A stretch of DNA of 64,000 nt. Origin: Enoplolaimus lenunculus (taxonomy: Eukaryota). The stretch lies in contig JASANG010003582.1 of NCBI GenBank assembly GCA_030248215.1, positions 62,001 through 126,000 of the forward strand, written 5' to 3'. Shown piece after piece: positions 39,573 to 51,924 of the stretch. The position numbers were made by a program, and so were the translations under genes. The notes beneath the pieces were generated by a model, which worked only from the letters and a program-made list of their open reading frames with translations, was not told where the DNA came from and did no database searches. How positions within the stretch are numbered: the first letter of the stretch is position 1; every line of letters begins with the position of its first letter.

Positions 39573-41563
39573 ATGGTCGGTATTATGATGTCAGTTCTAT
39601 CGTCAGGTAGATTTGCTCGTCTCAACAACCGTACTACATTGTTTCAGCTGTACAAATTGAACGCATTTGTTTTTGTGCATAGTTTACTCATAATCAGCTT
39701 TTCACCTTTGATTGGTTCGGCTAACCAGGCTCGCGACAATCCGTTGGAGTTTATTTTCGGTGCCTTACAAGGATCTTCAAGACCTAACCGCTCTTCAACT
39801 GGTTCCAATGGGCAACAGCTCGGCTCGGGCATTTTAGGTTCAATTTTGGGCCTCGGATCAAATGACGGAGGCCTCGGCGGCAGAAATGTGTTTGGTTTGT
39901 CATCGACTGAAAGTAAAAATTTGGAAATATTAACTGGTGGTTTGAGCGGTGGTCGCAAGAAAACGGGAAAAAGTAGGTTTTTTGTATAGTTTGATCTAGA
40001 ATTAGTAGCAGCTAACGATGTTTTTAGCTAAGAAACCATGTCAAAAATACCAAAAATAGATTAAGCAGCCGAACGCTATTAAAAGAACTTTCAAAGCGCT
40101 TTTACAAACTCAAAAAGCGGTTGTATTTTTGAGACAATTCTTAAAACTTCAAAGGATCAAAGAGCGGTACGGTGGTCAGTAGCGTTCCAAGTTTTCTCTG
40201 GAACTGGCTTTACTTTAAACATCTAACTAAACACTAGAAATGTATTTTTATTACTTTATAGGTAACCAGACTCGTTCGCTACGCAACAATCTCGCTTTAG
40301 TTGATATTTTACATTTTAATTATTGTCACTTATATATGTCGCAAACATTTTTTTCTTACACCGCTCATGTACTTTTTTAACCGTTTAGAGTCACTTCAGG
40401 AACGTTAATGCTCTACGCATGCATCTATAAAACCGTTTCTCTCATGTTGCACAATGCACTGTAATCAACACTGCGCTAACTATGTTCGCGAAATGCGCTG
40501 TATTTTATTACTACGGAAAACTGCCACAAGCTTTGGCGCTAACCTATTATAGTGGAACGGCGATATAAAATAAGTTCTTGCCATACCACTAAGTTGAATT
40601 GTAATTGGAGCTTGAAATTCAATGTCAATTGAAACATAAACGTTGCATTCGTATTTAGGTTGTCTTCACCACATCAGTTCATTTTTTTCTTCAATCCAAC
40701 CCGAACAAGTTCAGGAAGCGTTAATCAGCTGCGACGACGGCCCACTCAGACAACAACTTGACACTTCTACGGGTTGTATTGTTCAGCAAGCACTTCCACC
40801 GTCTAAAGAAATTTGGCACCGGTCACCAACGTCAGACTTGACCACTAAAACAAGCAGAAAGACGGCAAAGCATCAAGCTGGTAATTCGCGTGATTTAAAC
40901 GTTCGGAAGAAGCCAGATTCCACCAATGGTCGTGAATCATTACTTGGTGACAGCGTTCGCTCAGTAATACCACATAGCAACTCTGGTACTTCAACTAACA
41001 CTAATCTTAGAGGAAGAAATAACGTTTGGACACGACGACAAGGGTCGCTTGGAAGTCGTCAAATTCCGCCAAGACCTACTTCAGGCCGAATCGTTCGACC
41101 AAAGAGTACGGCTCAGTCAAACGCTGGTGTTTGGCACGATGATCCAACTACGTCAATTGCTGCAGCTGATGTACCAGGTAATTTAAATTTTCCAGAAGAT
41201 GATTTCGATTTTGAAATTGGGCCAAATATTGGAAGCAGACGTTTGGTAGGATCAAATTCTGGTGATGGATCAAGCAGCGCGGGTACGTGCAGCCGGCCTG
41301 TATCTGATGTTTCGTACGCGAAATGTGCTATCGCAGCCCAACGGCAATTATGTATTCGAATTCGACAAATTATTGAAAATCCTGAGTGTCAGCCGTGTGC
41401 GCAACGCGCGTTGGAGTTGTTCTTGCAACCTGCTGCATCAGCGTATATAATCGAGTGTACTTGCCGTTCAATGAATGACGATTTCAATGTGATCGATATT
41501 GTACAAAGTGTGAAAATTTGTACTCAACGCAAAGCGTCGTTCGCTGCGAAAACTACGTGTTAA
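39573..41563 (+). CDS. Orphan, probably secreted, Cys-rich protein with a low-complexity central region (about 434 aa, 2 exons)
   Basis: Exon 39573-39972 (phase-1 donor GTAGGT) joins exon 40659-41563 (phase-1 acceptor tatttag). Hydrophobic stretch AFVFVHSLLIISFSPLIGS, Gly-rich segment, 3 Cys, a Ser/Thr/Arg-rich linker, then a 9-Cys C-terminal domain. A 306-codon ORF is unlikely by chance in this AT-rich DNA. Start codon uncertain. Confidence 0.75.
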
Positions 41564-42919
41564 ATATGTCCGTATTCTGAAATGTGTGTAGCACCTATCA
41601 ATAGTTGACGGTAGGCAGTGGAATAACTATTTCGGGGGTAAGGTGTGGGGCTAGGGAACTTATCGTCCAATAAGTCTGCCCCATCCAAGGCTACTCTTAA
41701 CAGTTTTTGCGACATTTCATGTTGTCTAGCAATAGAAATGATTGTGGGTTCTTGCGGATCCTGTTTTTTGCATTTCTATTCACAAATTTACCTGGCGCGC
41801 TACCCATAGGAAAACACACGGGCAAACTAGATGACCGAGCCATCCTAAAAACCAAAAATAGTGTATTGGTACGCTGTATAATGCCCATGTGACTGAACCA
41901 AACTTTGGAGAAAGGGATTGGTTTAGCAAACATCAAGTTCCCTACCAACAAACTCTCCATTCGTCACAGAGCATGCATTACACGCCTTCAGTAAATTTAA
42001 GTTGTCAACTCCATATTTGCCATTGTTACTGCACCACTGGACAAAAGCATAAAAATGTTGAAAAGGTATGGGGTTACTGCATCGAGTAGACTGTTTTAAA
42101 AAGCACCGAACCCCAATATGAGTTATGCAAATATTTTTCATTAGGTAATTGGTATATAAGTTGCTTACGTCGTATATTTGATGACACTATTTAGACCCTG
42201 CAACATTCTAATAATTACGCGCCGGGTGATTAGTGAATGGTGCAGTTTGAAATTTTTTCAAAGCCTTTGCATCTCATCGACCCTGCCACGGTAGAACACT
42301 AAAAGTTCGCCACTGTAGCAGGTCGATGGTTTAAGGACTTATTACTAAACTTGCAATAGGTGTGCACACAGTTAGGAATACGGGTAGTTCTAGGATTCGG
42401 GCAAGTAGACAGGGAAAGCCATCAACCACCTGCCAAATTTTTTTCCGCTTTGAAAACGTTTTGTCTTGCTTCTAATTTCGAAAAATTGTTTCCTGTGAAA
42501 TTTTTTGGTCCCCATGAGTTAGCCGAATGTCTTCCACAATTTGAATATATTATGCGCCGTTCACAATAATCGAGGTCATTTTGAAAATGACCTCGCGATA
42601 GGCTTGCCTATGGCATATTTTGAGGCACCGTTGACAAAATTACTGTGAACGGCGCATTATTGTATTTCTTGACAAAAAATCAAATACGATCTTAATAGCA
42701 AGCTGGCATTGAGCTGTTGGAGGGATAAATGTAACATTCACTGCAAAGCAGGCGCTTTCTTTGCGCCATGAAGATCATTACCGTTCTTAATCAACTTAGA
42801 GTTAAGGGAATGTTGTGAATATATAACATATGATACGTTTGATTGTCCAGAATTGAAAAGAAAAACACTAATATATAACTGACATCTATAGAGTCTGTAT
42901 AGGTAATATTGGCGAATAT

Positions 42920-43295
42920 ACGACAATTCGTCGCCCAACAGCTTGCCGCCCGACATTTTGCCGCTCAACAATTCGTCGCCCCGACAAATGGTCGCCCCGA
43001 CAACTCGTCGCCCCGACAAATCGTCGCCTCGACAAATCGTCGCCCCGACAAATCGTTGCCCCGACAAATCGTCGCCTCGACAAATCGTCGCCTCGACAAA
43101 TCGTCGCCTCGACAAATCGTCGCCTCGACAAATCGTCGCCTCGACAAATCGTCGCCTCGACAAATCGTCGCCTCGACAAATCGTCGCCTCGACAAATAGT
43201 CGCCCCGACAACTCGCCGGACCGACAACTGGTCGCCCCGAAAACCCGTCGCCTGGCCTGTAGGTACGACAACTCGTCGTCGAATAACTTGTCGTC
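42920..43295. repeat. 15-bp minisatellite (GACAAATCGTCGCCYC)n
   Basis: Near-perfect core at about 43015-43197 with degenerate flanks. It explains five overlapping spurious ORFs. Confidence 0.95.
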
Positions 43296-44315
43296 CTGAC
43301 ATCTCGTCGACACCCCATAACTTGCCGCCCAATGTCTCGGAATCCCAAAATCTGTCATTCCGACATCTTGCTGTCCGTGACAACTTGTCGACCCGTGTTG
43401 TGTTCTGTTCGTGGAGTTGAAAGTTGATAATTTTTAAGCAGAATATATAGACTCCTATAGTATATATTTATTCTGATTCAAAGTGGAGGGCCTTATATCA
43501 CTTGTTAGCGTCTTATTCGTGTGACTACAGTATACTACACATGAGCCTTGGGTAAATTCCATGTGCCTTAATACTCCTGTTCTTTTCTGCTTTGTATATT
43601 TGCCATAATTAAAATTTAGCCTACCGTGTGACCAAAAAATAATATTCCGGCGTCGTTTGCTATTTCTGTACGCGACAGTCAACATTATACTTTCGAACCG
43701 TCCGGCAGAATTTAATTAAATCGCTACAGATCCTGTTATCTGTTCTCACCATCTGGAAAAACTGCGTTTATTTGCACTAGAACCGTTTATACCTTTGTTT
43801 ACTGGACCATGATTGATATTTCACGTTCAAAACAAATGCGAAAAATTACTCTTGCTGATGCAGGCTTTTTCGTCAATAGGTTTCACTACTTTCAGCTTAG
43901 ATTTATGGATGATGCACAGGCATAGTTCATAGTTTAGGCCTCGGGTTAGACATGAGGTTTTCGGCGAATTTGTACAAGTGTCCAAAAATATCAATTCTAT
44001 GAAGTATGTGGCGTTTTATAAAGTTTCAACTGCAAAGAAATGCTTTACGCTTTTACTGTATTAAAAGCAGGAAGTGAGCAATGGTGAATTTAAATTTCAA
44101 CTGCAACTTCGCGAGGCCTTTTACGCAAACACGCAGCTATGATAAAACCACAATTTTGACAATACAAAAAATTTCGTTACCGAAGTCCGAATTACCGGCG
44201 GTTATACGCTGATATCCAGTTAGTACCTCAATAATCTAGCAACTTAGCGTTAGCTTGAAAAGTTCACAGATAAATTACATACTTAACAGTATTTAACGCT
44301 TAAAGTATATCAAAA

Positions 44316-44822
44316 ATGGCAAAAGTCGACTGCCCAGCAGGCAGCGACCATGACGGTCATTTATCGAACCAACTAAATCGCAGACTATCAAGCCACCAAA
44401 ACTCATTGGAGCTTATTCCTGAGTTTGCTGCGGAAACGCTTATATCACCATCGACCTCTTTACTCGAAACCAACGAACTTCAGTTGCAATCGCTCGTTCA
44501 AACGGCAGATTCGCGTTCCGCAGAAAGTTTCAACGAAAATAATTTAACGATTGAATCGAGTCAACCAAAAATTCAAGGTTGTTTAGTTCATACTCAATAT
44601 TTGGGCAATCCTCCGTCACAGATATGCATGCAATTGCTAGCCAAATCTGCAAATCAACTGTTTGCGTTTATTCCGAATCCTTCTGATGAACGAAAAAATG
44701 ACAACGCAACAAGTAAGCAAACGCCTACTCAAGATGATCCAAATGACAGTTGTGAATGGCCAAAAAGTGGACCCGGGTACGTTGCAATGACAAAAAACTT
44801 AACAGAGAAGAAAGACGATTAA
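44316..44822 (+). CDS. Hypothetical 168-aa hydrophilic protein (or a terminal exon)
   Basis: Non-repetitive ORF, A-rich start context (aaaaATG), Ser/Gln/Glu/Asn-rich, C-terminal GYVAM motif. No recognised domain. Confidence 0.4.
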   Translation: MAKVDCPAGSDHDGHLSNQLNRRLSSHQNSLELIPEFAAETLISPSTSLLETNELQLQSLVQTADSRSAESFNENNLTIESSQPKIQGCLVHTQYLGNPPSQICMQLLAKSANQLFAFIPNPSDERKNDNATSKQTPTQDDPNDSCEWPKSGPGYVAMTKNLTEKKDD

Positions 44823-45474
44823 AATAGTACCAGTTGCTGCATTTGTACACTTCCCCTATTAGATTAAATTCATCAATATCCTTAAGCCGACATCTTAGCC
44901 TAAACCTAAAGCTAGTCTGAGCATTCGGAAAACTGTGCTGGCCAGCAATGTGTGTAAGAGTACCAAGTTGTCACTGGCAATTTCCAAACTTACTTACGAT
45001 AAAAATTAAAAAGTGATGCTCTTTACAGAGAATAATTTTCCAATATATAGGCAGAAAACAATTCCTAATTTCATGAACAAAAAGAATAGTAACTATAACG
45101 ATTTTGCCAACATGGCTGATATTTGTGCGATTTTTTATCAAACGCTAGATGAAATAAACACTGATTTTAGGAAAAAAGAATTTCCGGCCAGGTACCTTTC
45201 TTAAAAAGTGAAACATAATTGTAAATGATCGACTGTAACGAGGTGAGGTTTAACATGGGTATTTTCCGTTAAAAATTATGCACCCTTGATAAATGTCAAA
45301 CTTATGGTTTAATACGAACTGGTAAATTTGAATACAAGTAGTCAAAAATAACGGAAATGGAATATACGAAAAACATGGCAAGAAAATCTTGGCAAATATA
45401 TACTACCGAGCTGATATCAAATTTTAAGTTGTTGTTCACTTCCACACACAGTTAAAGAACAGGCTTAAGCTTAT

Positions 45475-45986
45475 GCGGGGTTCACGTTAGCAATAGCGCG
45501 CTTGGCACCTGTTTTGTCCCTGTGCCCATAGCGGTACACACTAATCGTTTTGCTACCCATATGGATACCAACAGAAAATAAAATGTTATGCATAGCTAGG
45601 TTTTCGAAAAATTGACCTACACATATGGGCAGAGTCAAGATGTCTGCTCGTAGCCCATATAGATGCCAACTTAATAAACCTTCAAGCTTGTCCTTTAAAA
45701 CGCTTCAATACAGCAACTTTTATTTTACAAGTTCGGTTTAGTCTGTTTTTACTATTTATCTTTTGAAAAACTGTAAAAATGACACTAGCTATAAATATTA
45801 TTAAAACAATCGCAAGGTACCCATATGGGTAACAAACCGATGACTAGCTACCCATAGCTACAAACGTATAGTACCCATATGGGTAGTAGCTAGCTTACAA
45901 CCTATTCATATAGGTTGTTTCTACCTCCTGCTATGGGTAAGTGACAAAACAGGTACCAAGCGCACAACTTGTAACGTGAACCACGC
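45475..45986. mobile_element. MITE with family-G-like termini and TACCCATATGGGTA palindromes
   Basis: About 45-bp TIR GCGGGGTTCACGTTA...TAACGTGAACCACGC; flanks ttat/atta. Confidence 0.8.
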
Positions 45987-46196
45987 ATTAGGTTGAGGCG
46001 CTGGTTTATGGAAGGTTTAGGAATATGTTTTGCCGGATTAGGTTTAGGTAAACTTTCTCCAAAACCTAAGCGAAACCTAAAACTGTGTGGGGAAAGTGTA
46101 CGAAAGCCAAATATTGTAGTATACATGCTTATGCTCTCACTTTGTATTGTGAGTATAGTTTGTTTCTAGTCTTGGTTCTATTTTATCTCAATTTGA

Positions 46197-46446
46197 GCCA
46201 ATGTTACTTTAAGGGGCGTACACAGTAGATTAAGCGTATTCCTAAGCCTAAACCTAAGTCTAAGCGTTGAAAAAATGAATTCGTAAGCCTATGCCTAAGC
46301 CTAAGCCTAAGCCAAAGCCTAAGCCTAAGCCTAAGCCTAAGCCTAAGCCTAAGCCTACGCCTAAGCAAAAAATGCAATCTAAAATCTAAACCTACTATTT
46401 TATAGACCCACCAGAAACGTGGACGCCCCTTAAAGTAACATGGGCC
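46197..46446. mobile_element. MITE family D variant with about 13 GCCTAA units
   Basis: TIR GCCAATGTTACTTTAAGGGGCGT...ACGCCCCTTAAAGTAACATGGGC. Hexamer array at about 46287-46364. Confidence 0.85.
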
Positions 46447-48838
46447 CCAATTTGGATTATAACATTTAAAAGAATCGTTTTATGAAAACGCCTACTTTAA
46501 TCAAAATTAAGAACTGTATGTAGAATGCAAAGGCGAAGGTATGGAAATTAAATCTCCGCAATATTTCAATCGAAATGAGAAAAAGGTAGTTTTTACATGC
46601 GTTAGGACATCTAGTAATCTTCAACTTCACATAACGCACAAATGAAGTGGCCGTAACAACAACTTGCGACTTCTGAAAATTACAGAAATATTAATTTTAA
46701 TTAATAATCGTAGCAATTGTTTGTCTCATTTTGGCCTAACACCATAATTTTGTGTTAACATTTAGCTAAAATTGCACTTGACTTCTCGGTCGCTCTGCAT
46801 ACAGAGATGCTTTTTCCAATGTTTAATGTACACTTTCCCCCAACGTTTACGGTTAAGGCTTAGGCTCTGGCTGAGGCTTAATCTTTTTCCAAACCGACGC
46901 TTAAAGGCTAAGTTTGCGCTCTGCCCTAAGCCAGTGGGTGAAAGCGGGAAACAGCCAAAAACTGTTTGTGCACAAGAAACTTTTACCTTTGACGCACTTG
47001 TCCAGATGCCACGAGTAGAATCTTCCCGGATCACACGTCGCTTCTGGTAATGTCAAATTATAGGAGGTGATAAAAATCGGGGTCTCTATTTCGAGCTCTA
47101 ATCAATGTGTGTCAGAGACTAAAATATCTGATTAGAATCCCTACATGTTTGGCCCGCAATCTCATAAAACAACACGTGTTACGTTTAAATTTAATAGAAG
47201 CATTATTAATTACCATTGCTGTTCCACTGAAACAATTCATTTATGGAAGAATTATATTTACCGAGAGAAAAAGCACAAAATTTGATTTTTTTTCATTTTC
47301 GATAAGATAGTGAAATGGCTACAACTATTAACTGAAGGTCAACATTTCTCAGGTTGGTGTGGTGCAGGTTTTGCATTTTGTAGATAAATACGGTAAAATA
47401 TTTGTGATGGCAACAACAGTACTAAAAGTTCAATAAAATTGTTCGTAGAGAAACACTTTTACCTTTGATACACATGCGAAGGTGCCATGAGTAGAATCTT
47501 CCAGGACCACATACCGTATCTGGTAATGTAAAAATCGTAAAATAGGTTTTTTAATTCGTGCATTGTACGAATACCGTTTGCTATTACTGTTGTCGAACAA
47601 GAAGTTTTGGACAAAGTTGCTTTCACTTCAATTGTTTTTAATTAATATACCAATATTAGCAAAATGCCTTCGGCAGCATCAAAATATAACGTTGAATATT
47701 TCTTCATATATAAATTCTATCACGAAGAATTTACTGCGGAAGCGAATTGAATCAAATTGCTTCGGCGTTTTTATCCTGACAAAAGTTGGTATTCGAGTGT
47801 GCATATTTATTTACAATAAACGAATTCCGAACTAAATAGCAGAAAACACCTGACCACCAGTTCTTTCAGATTAACACTTTTACACATAGAATATGTTCTA
47901 TTAAATCTTAGATAATTTAAAAATCAAATTCTATCTTCGAATACATACTCTCTTACCCCCATGTATATGCTGCGTATTATTTATTACTAAGCTTTATCTC
48001 AGGCTTAAGCTTAAGCTCAGGTTTGTTATGCGTGAACGGAACTTTATGGGGGGAGAAAGAAACCGTCGTCAATACGCGGAACATTAACATACCTAAATAA
48101 AGCATCTCAACCGATGTGGTCGCTAGCATTGCTGTGCCAATCGTAGTACCAGGTGGAATAGTTGTAGTACCGTATATATATTGCATAAGTTCTCTAACTT
48201 GAACATCGGCATAATTAACTTTTTTTACCGGAAGTGGTTTACCATATATTTGTATCAAATATCGCCGAGCATTGGCCAATGTTAAGCCATACTGATAAAG
48301 CTGACACCGTTCTATCAATTGCAAATTAGTCACATTGCTATTAGTATTAGTATAACTTATTCCAGACCAAAATTGTGTAGGAAACGATACGTCGTACATT
48401 TCAGATTTCGGGATCGAATAATAAAACATCGCAAATGTAAATGACTGACTGTAGCAAATGGCCAATTGAACGGTCATAGTTTGTCTTGAGTCTTTTGTTT
48501 TGCTGAAAACTTATCATATCAAGCTAGAAGAAGGAATTTATATGCACACTCGGAGCAGCCGCCCTTACCAACAGTTTGCCTTAAGAGTTAACATCCTAAT
48601 CAGTTCAAACATAAACCACCGCAGTTTTGAAATACATCTGGCGTCGCCCTCGTTTTCGTCGCGAGTTTTGATTCGCTATTTTGCCTCTGTAGTGATTCAT
48701 GGATGTCTATACGTATATAGGCCCGAACAGAACCGCCTCGAAATTAAACTATTGTGGTGGAAATTAATAGCTTCAGAGACTTGACGAGGCTTAGAATAAC
48801 CAACAGGCTGCTAGATGTCCGGTTTGTAAAATAACCAC

Positions 48839-49102
48839 TGTAAGCATGTGTGAAAGACATACTTGTCCTGGTGTATGTGCAATATATGCAATGCGCATTG
48901 TATAGTATGCTTGCCGACCGCATACGGTCGACACATATTGCCGTCGAAAAAAAGCAGTTAAAGAGGCAGGCTACGTGGCTCGCGCAATGGCAAAGTGTCT
49001 GCCTAAGAATCCGTACGTCGCTAGTTCGAAGTCACCCGTGACCCGCTTTTCCCTCTGCTTACTTAAAAGGTGTGAGGTTCCCCGCAGATCGCTAATTGGA
49101 AA
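48839..49102 (+). repeat. Interspersed repeat with a B-box-like motif; second copy at about 62960-63175
   Basis: Shared GTAAGCATGTG..AGACAT..ATACGGTCGACA..TAGTTCGAA.TCACCCG..ACCCGCTTTT..CTGCTTA in both copies. Confidence 0.65.
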
Positions 49103-49288
49103 CCGCATGTAACTAGCTTTTTCAGATGCTTAGTTAAAAGGTTTGAAGTCTCGTTCCAACTTAATATAGTGACATGGGGGCTACTCCGTGGATGCAATTG
49201 TATATTTTCGCGCTTAAAATGCGGTATGCAACGAAAATAGAGTGGACGGTCAAGAAACGGCTTTGTTGAAAATTGCTGTAGCCCAATA

Positions 49289-49982
49289 CACACAAAGACA
49301 TTTTCTGATATTCAAGAAACATTTTCTTAAATTCAAGACAATTATACCTTAATCTTAGACATATATGTCTCGAATGCAAGACTTTAGTTTCTGAAAATTT
49401 TCACAAATCTGTATCTGAAATTTTCAACACTTAATGTCTTAGATTCGAGAGTGTGTTTCATGAATTATGAAGACAAATATTTCTGCAATACAAGACAAAT
49501 ATGTCTGAAATATAAGACAAATATGTCTGAAATAAAACACTTATTACTTAGAAACAAGATTTGCCAGAGAAGTTGCATTCAAAGTTGGGAGTTAAGGTCC
49601 AACAAATTCGCTAATTTCGCCACCTAAGATATGTCTATGACGAAAACTTAGGTTGGGGTAGCTTGAGCTCAATCCGAAATATTTTTGAAATTAGATTACT
49701 TATATACTCTCTTAAGTATGTAAACGGAGTAATTTTTTACATACATAAAAATAAGAAAATAAATTCTTGATTATAAGATAACTATTTCTTGAAATAAAGG
49801 AATTTGTTTCTGATAAATTACAAATAGTAATTTCTTGAATATAAGACATTTATGTTTTAACCATTTCAGACACAAATTTCTCAGCTGTTTAAGGCTATTA
49901 ATGTCTGAAATACAATACATTAATTTCTTGAAAATTTAAGAAAGTAGGAGTCTTGAAATTTCAAGACAATTTATTTCGTGTG
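49289..49982. mobile_element. CACAC-terminated foldback-like element with ~21-bp subterminal repeats
   Basis: CACAC...GTGTG ends. AAGACAAATATGTCTGAAAT-like units occur in both orientations. Confidence 0.6.
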
Positions 49983-51924
49983 TGGCAAAACGTTTATCTA
50001 ACGATCCGTAGGTTGCCATTTCGAAACCACCCGTGACCAGCTTTTACACCTGCTTGGTTAAAATGTGTGAAGTTTCGGTTCCTACCTACACTGACAACAA
50101 CCAAGCTTTTTGTTTAGAATTCCGTATACGCTGCAGTCTAGCGCAGTACGTTGAGAGCCGCGCCGCTTGAATTCAACAAAAATCACCAAAAACTTTAGGC
50201 CCTGACATGCTCATTCTTACTATGGTATCATGCGTTTCCATGTGACGATTACAGCGTTGGTTATTACCATAGGAGTTTCTTCAGTTAGTACAAACGATTT
50301 CTCAATATCTGACTGACATTTTTGCAAATCTTCTCGCAGCATTGAATTTCGTGACGTTACAATGCCTGCAAGAGCTATTTCGGAAACAAATCATTTATCA
50401 TTTAGTGACCTTTAAGTCTAATGAGATAATTCGGTGTGAAGTTAAATCAGTTTTTAGAATGTACGTATAATATTATTAATGGAAGAATACATCCGCGAAT
50501 GGAACAAGTCAAAAAAAATTGAAGAACGTGCACTAGTGCTTCAACACAGGGAAAAATGATAATGGATGCTTAATCTCGCGCCGAAAGAATAGTAAGAGAA
50601 TCAAATGGCTATTTTACTAAGTATATGTCAACGTTTTATAACACATTATTACCATAGGGTGCACACAGAAGGCTGTCTTATGTATAAAATGTTATCTAAT
50701 AACTTGCTGGAGAAAAAATTGCGGATCTGATTTTGGTAAAAATCTATTAACAGGATATTTAGTCTAATAACTTTAATTTAATCAAAAGTTTAGTTCAAAA
50801 TTTGCGATACACAACATGGGAGTGTATTAAAATTAATATATTTTATTACAAAGTTTTTTGTTTTTACCATTTTTTCATCCCTTTAAGAAAAGAAAAGATA
50901 CGAAAAAACTGTTTTTGTGAGATATTTTCCTGGTGCCGTTGAATGTTGGGCAGTTTATATCTCCCCTAATAGAAGAGCTGAAATATGGGGGAAACTTTTT
51001 ACTTGATTTCACGTTTCAATATAAATAATGTGACAGTTTTGAAATTCCACAAGGGAAACTGCCATCTCAAAGAGCCCCAACCCCTCAATTCAATGAACTC
51101 TCAGCAAAATAAGGGTGCCCGCCGCTGTAGACGTTGACTTTGAGTGGTTCTCATATACTGGACCGCCAAAAACACAGTCTAAATTTATTTCGTTAGAAAT
51201 TTTAAGTATTCCAATATTAGTGTTTGTGGGTAACAGGGTACCATCTTGTGTCTTTCTACACAAGATGTATGTGTAAGAAATTAGCATTAACTTGAAGCTA
51301 AAGGAAATATACCGAAAGATAAAATGTTCTTGTACACTCCCTCACATTTAATGTCAAGGTTTTGGCGTACGAGTAACCTCAAGTTTAAGCTAAATAGATA
51401 AAGCGTTTTCCTGAGCCTAAGGCTATGCGTGAACCTGAACCCAAGCCGATGGTGGAAGTGTACAAGTGTAGACTAAAACTTACCTTTGGTACCATATAGG
51501 AAGTTCATCCACAATGGAGCTATAATAAAGCTGGGTTTATGTCTAATGCATTCGTGCAAATCACGAGGTATAACATCGTTTTCGGTCGTTCCTACAGTTA
51601 TTCCTCTGCTTCGAAATACTGCGCCTAAAAATTAATTGTATGATTTACCAAAAAGAGACCAGACGATTATTCCAATATTCAGGTGCGTACAAATACTAAC
51701 TGAGCATTTTTCCATTAGTGGTTTTAATACGGTATAAACACACAGGTATTGTGCCGTTTACACTACAGGCTTGGGCTTAGGCTTGGGAAACGAGCTACCA
51801 ATGTCTAAGCTTAAAAGTCTAAGTATTCCTTTAAGCCATCGCGTAGTCCTTAAAACTCGGCCAAAACACTAAATATTGGGGATAAGTGCACAAGCCAACA
51901 ATACCAGTTGTGATTATGTTGCCG

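Noticed and set aside
42738..43383. Five overlapping repetitive ORFs; CRISPR-like appearance
   Set aside because: This is a 15-bp tandem repeat with no unique spacers, in a eukaryotic context.
46287..46364. True telomere or chromosome-fusion site
   Set aside because: The array is short and enclosed by MITE TIRs, with no head-to-head junction.
51009..51092. TGA reassignment to Trp, or selenocysteine
   Set aside because: All Trp codons in the channel gene are TGG, downstream exons also carry TAA stops and frameshifts, and no SECIS was identified.
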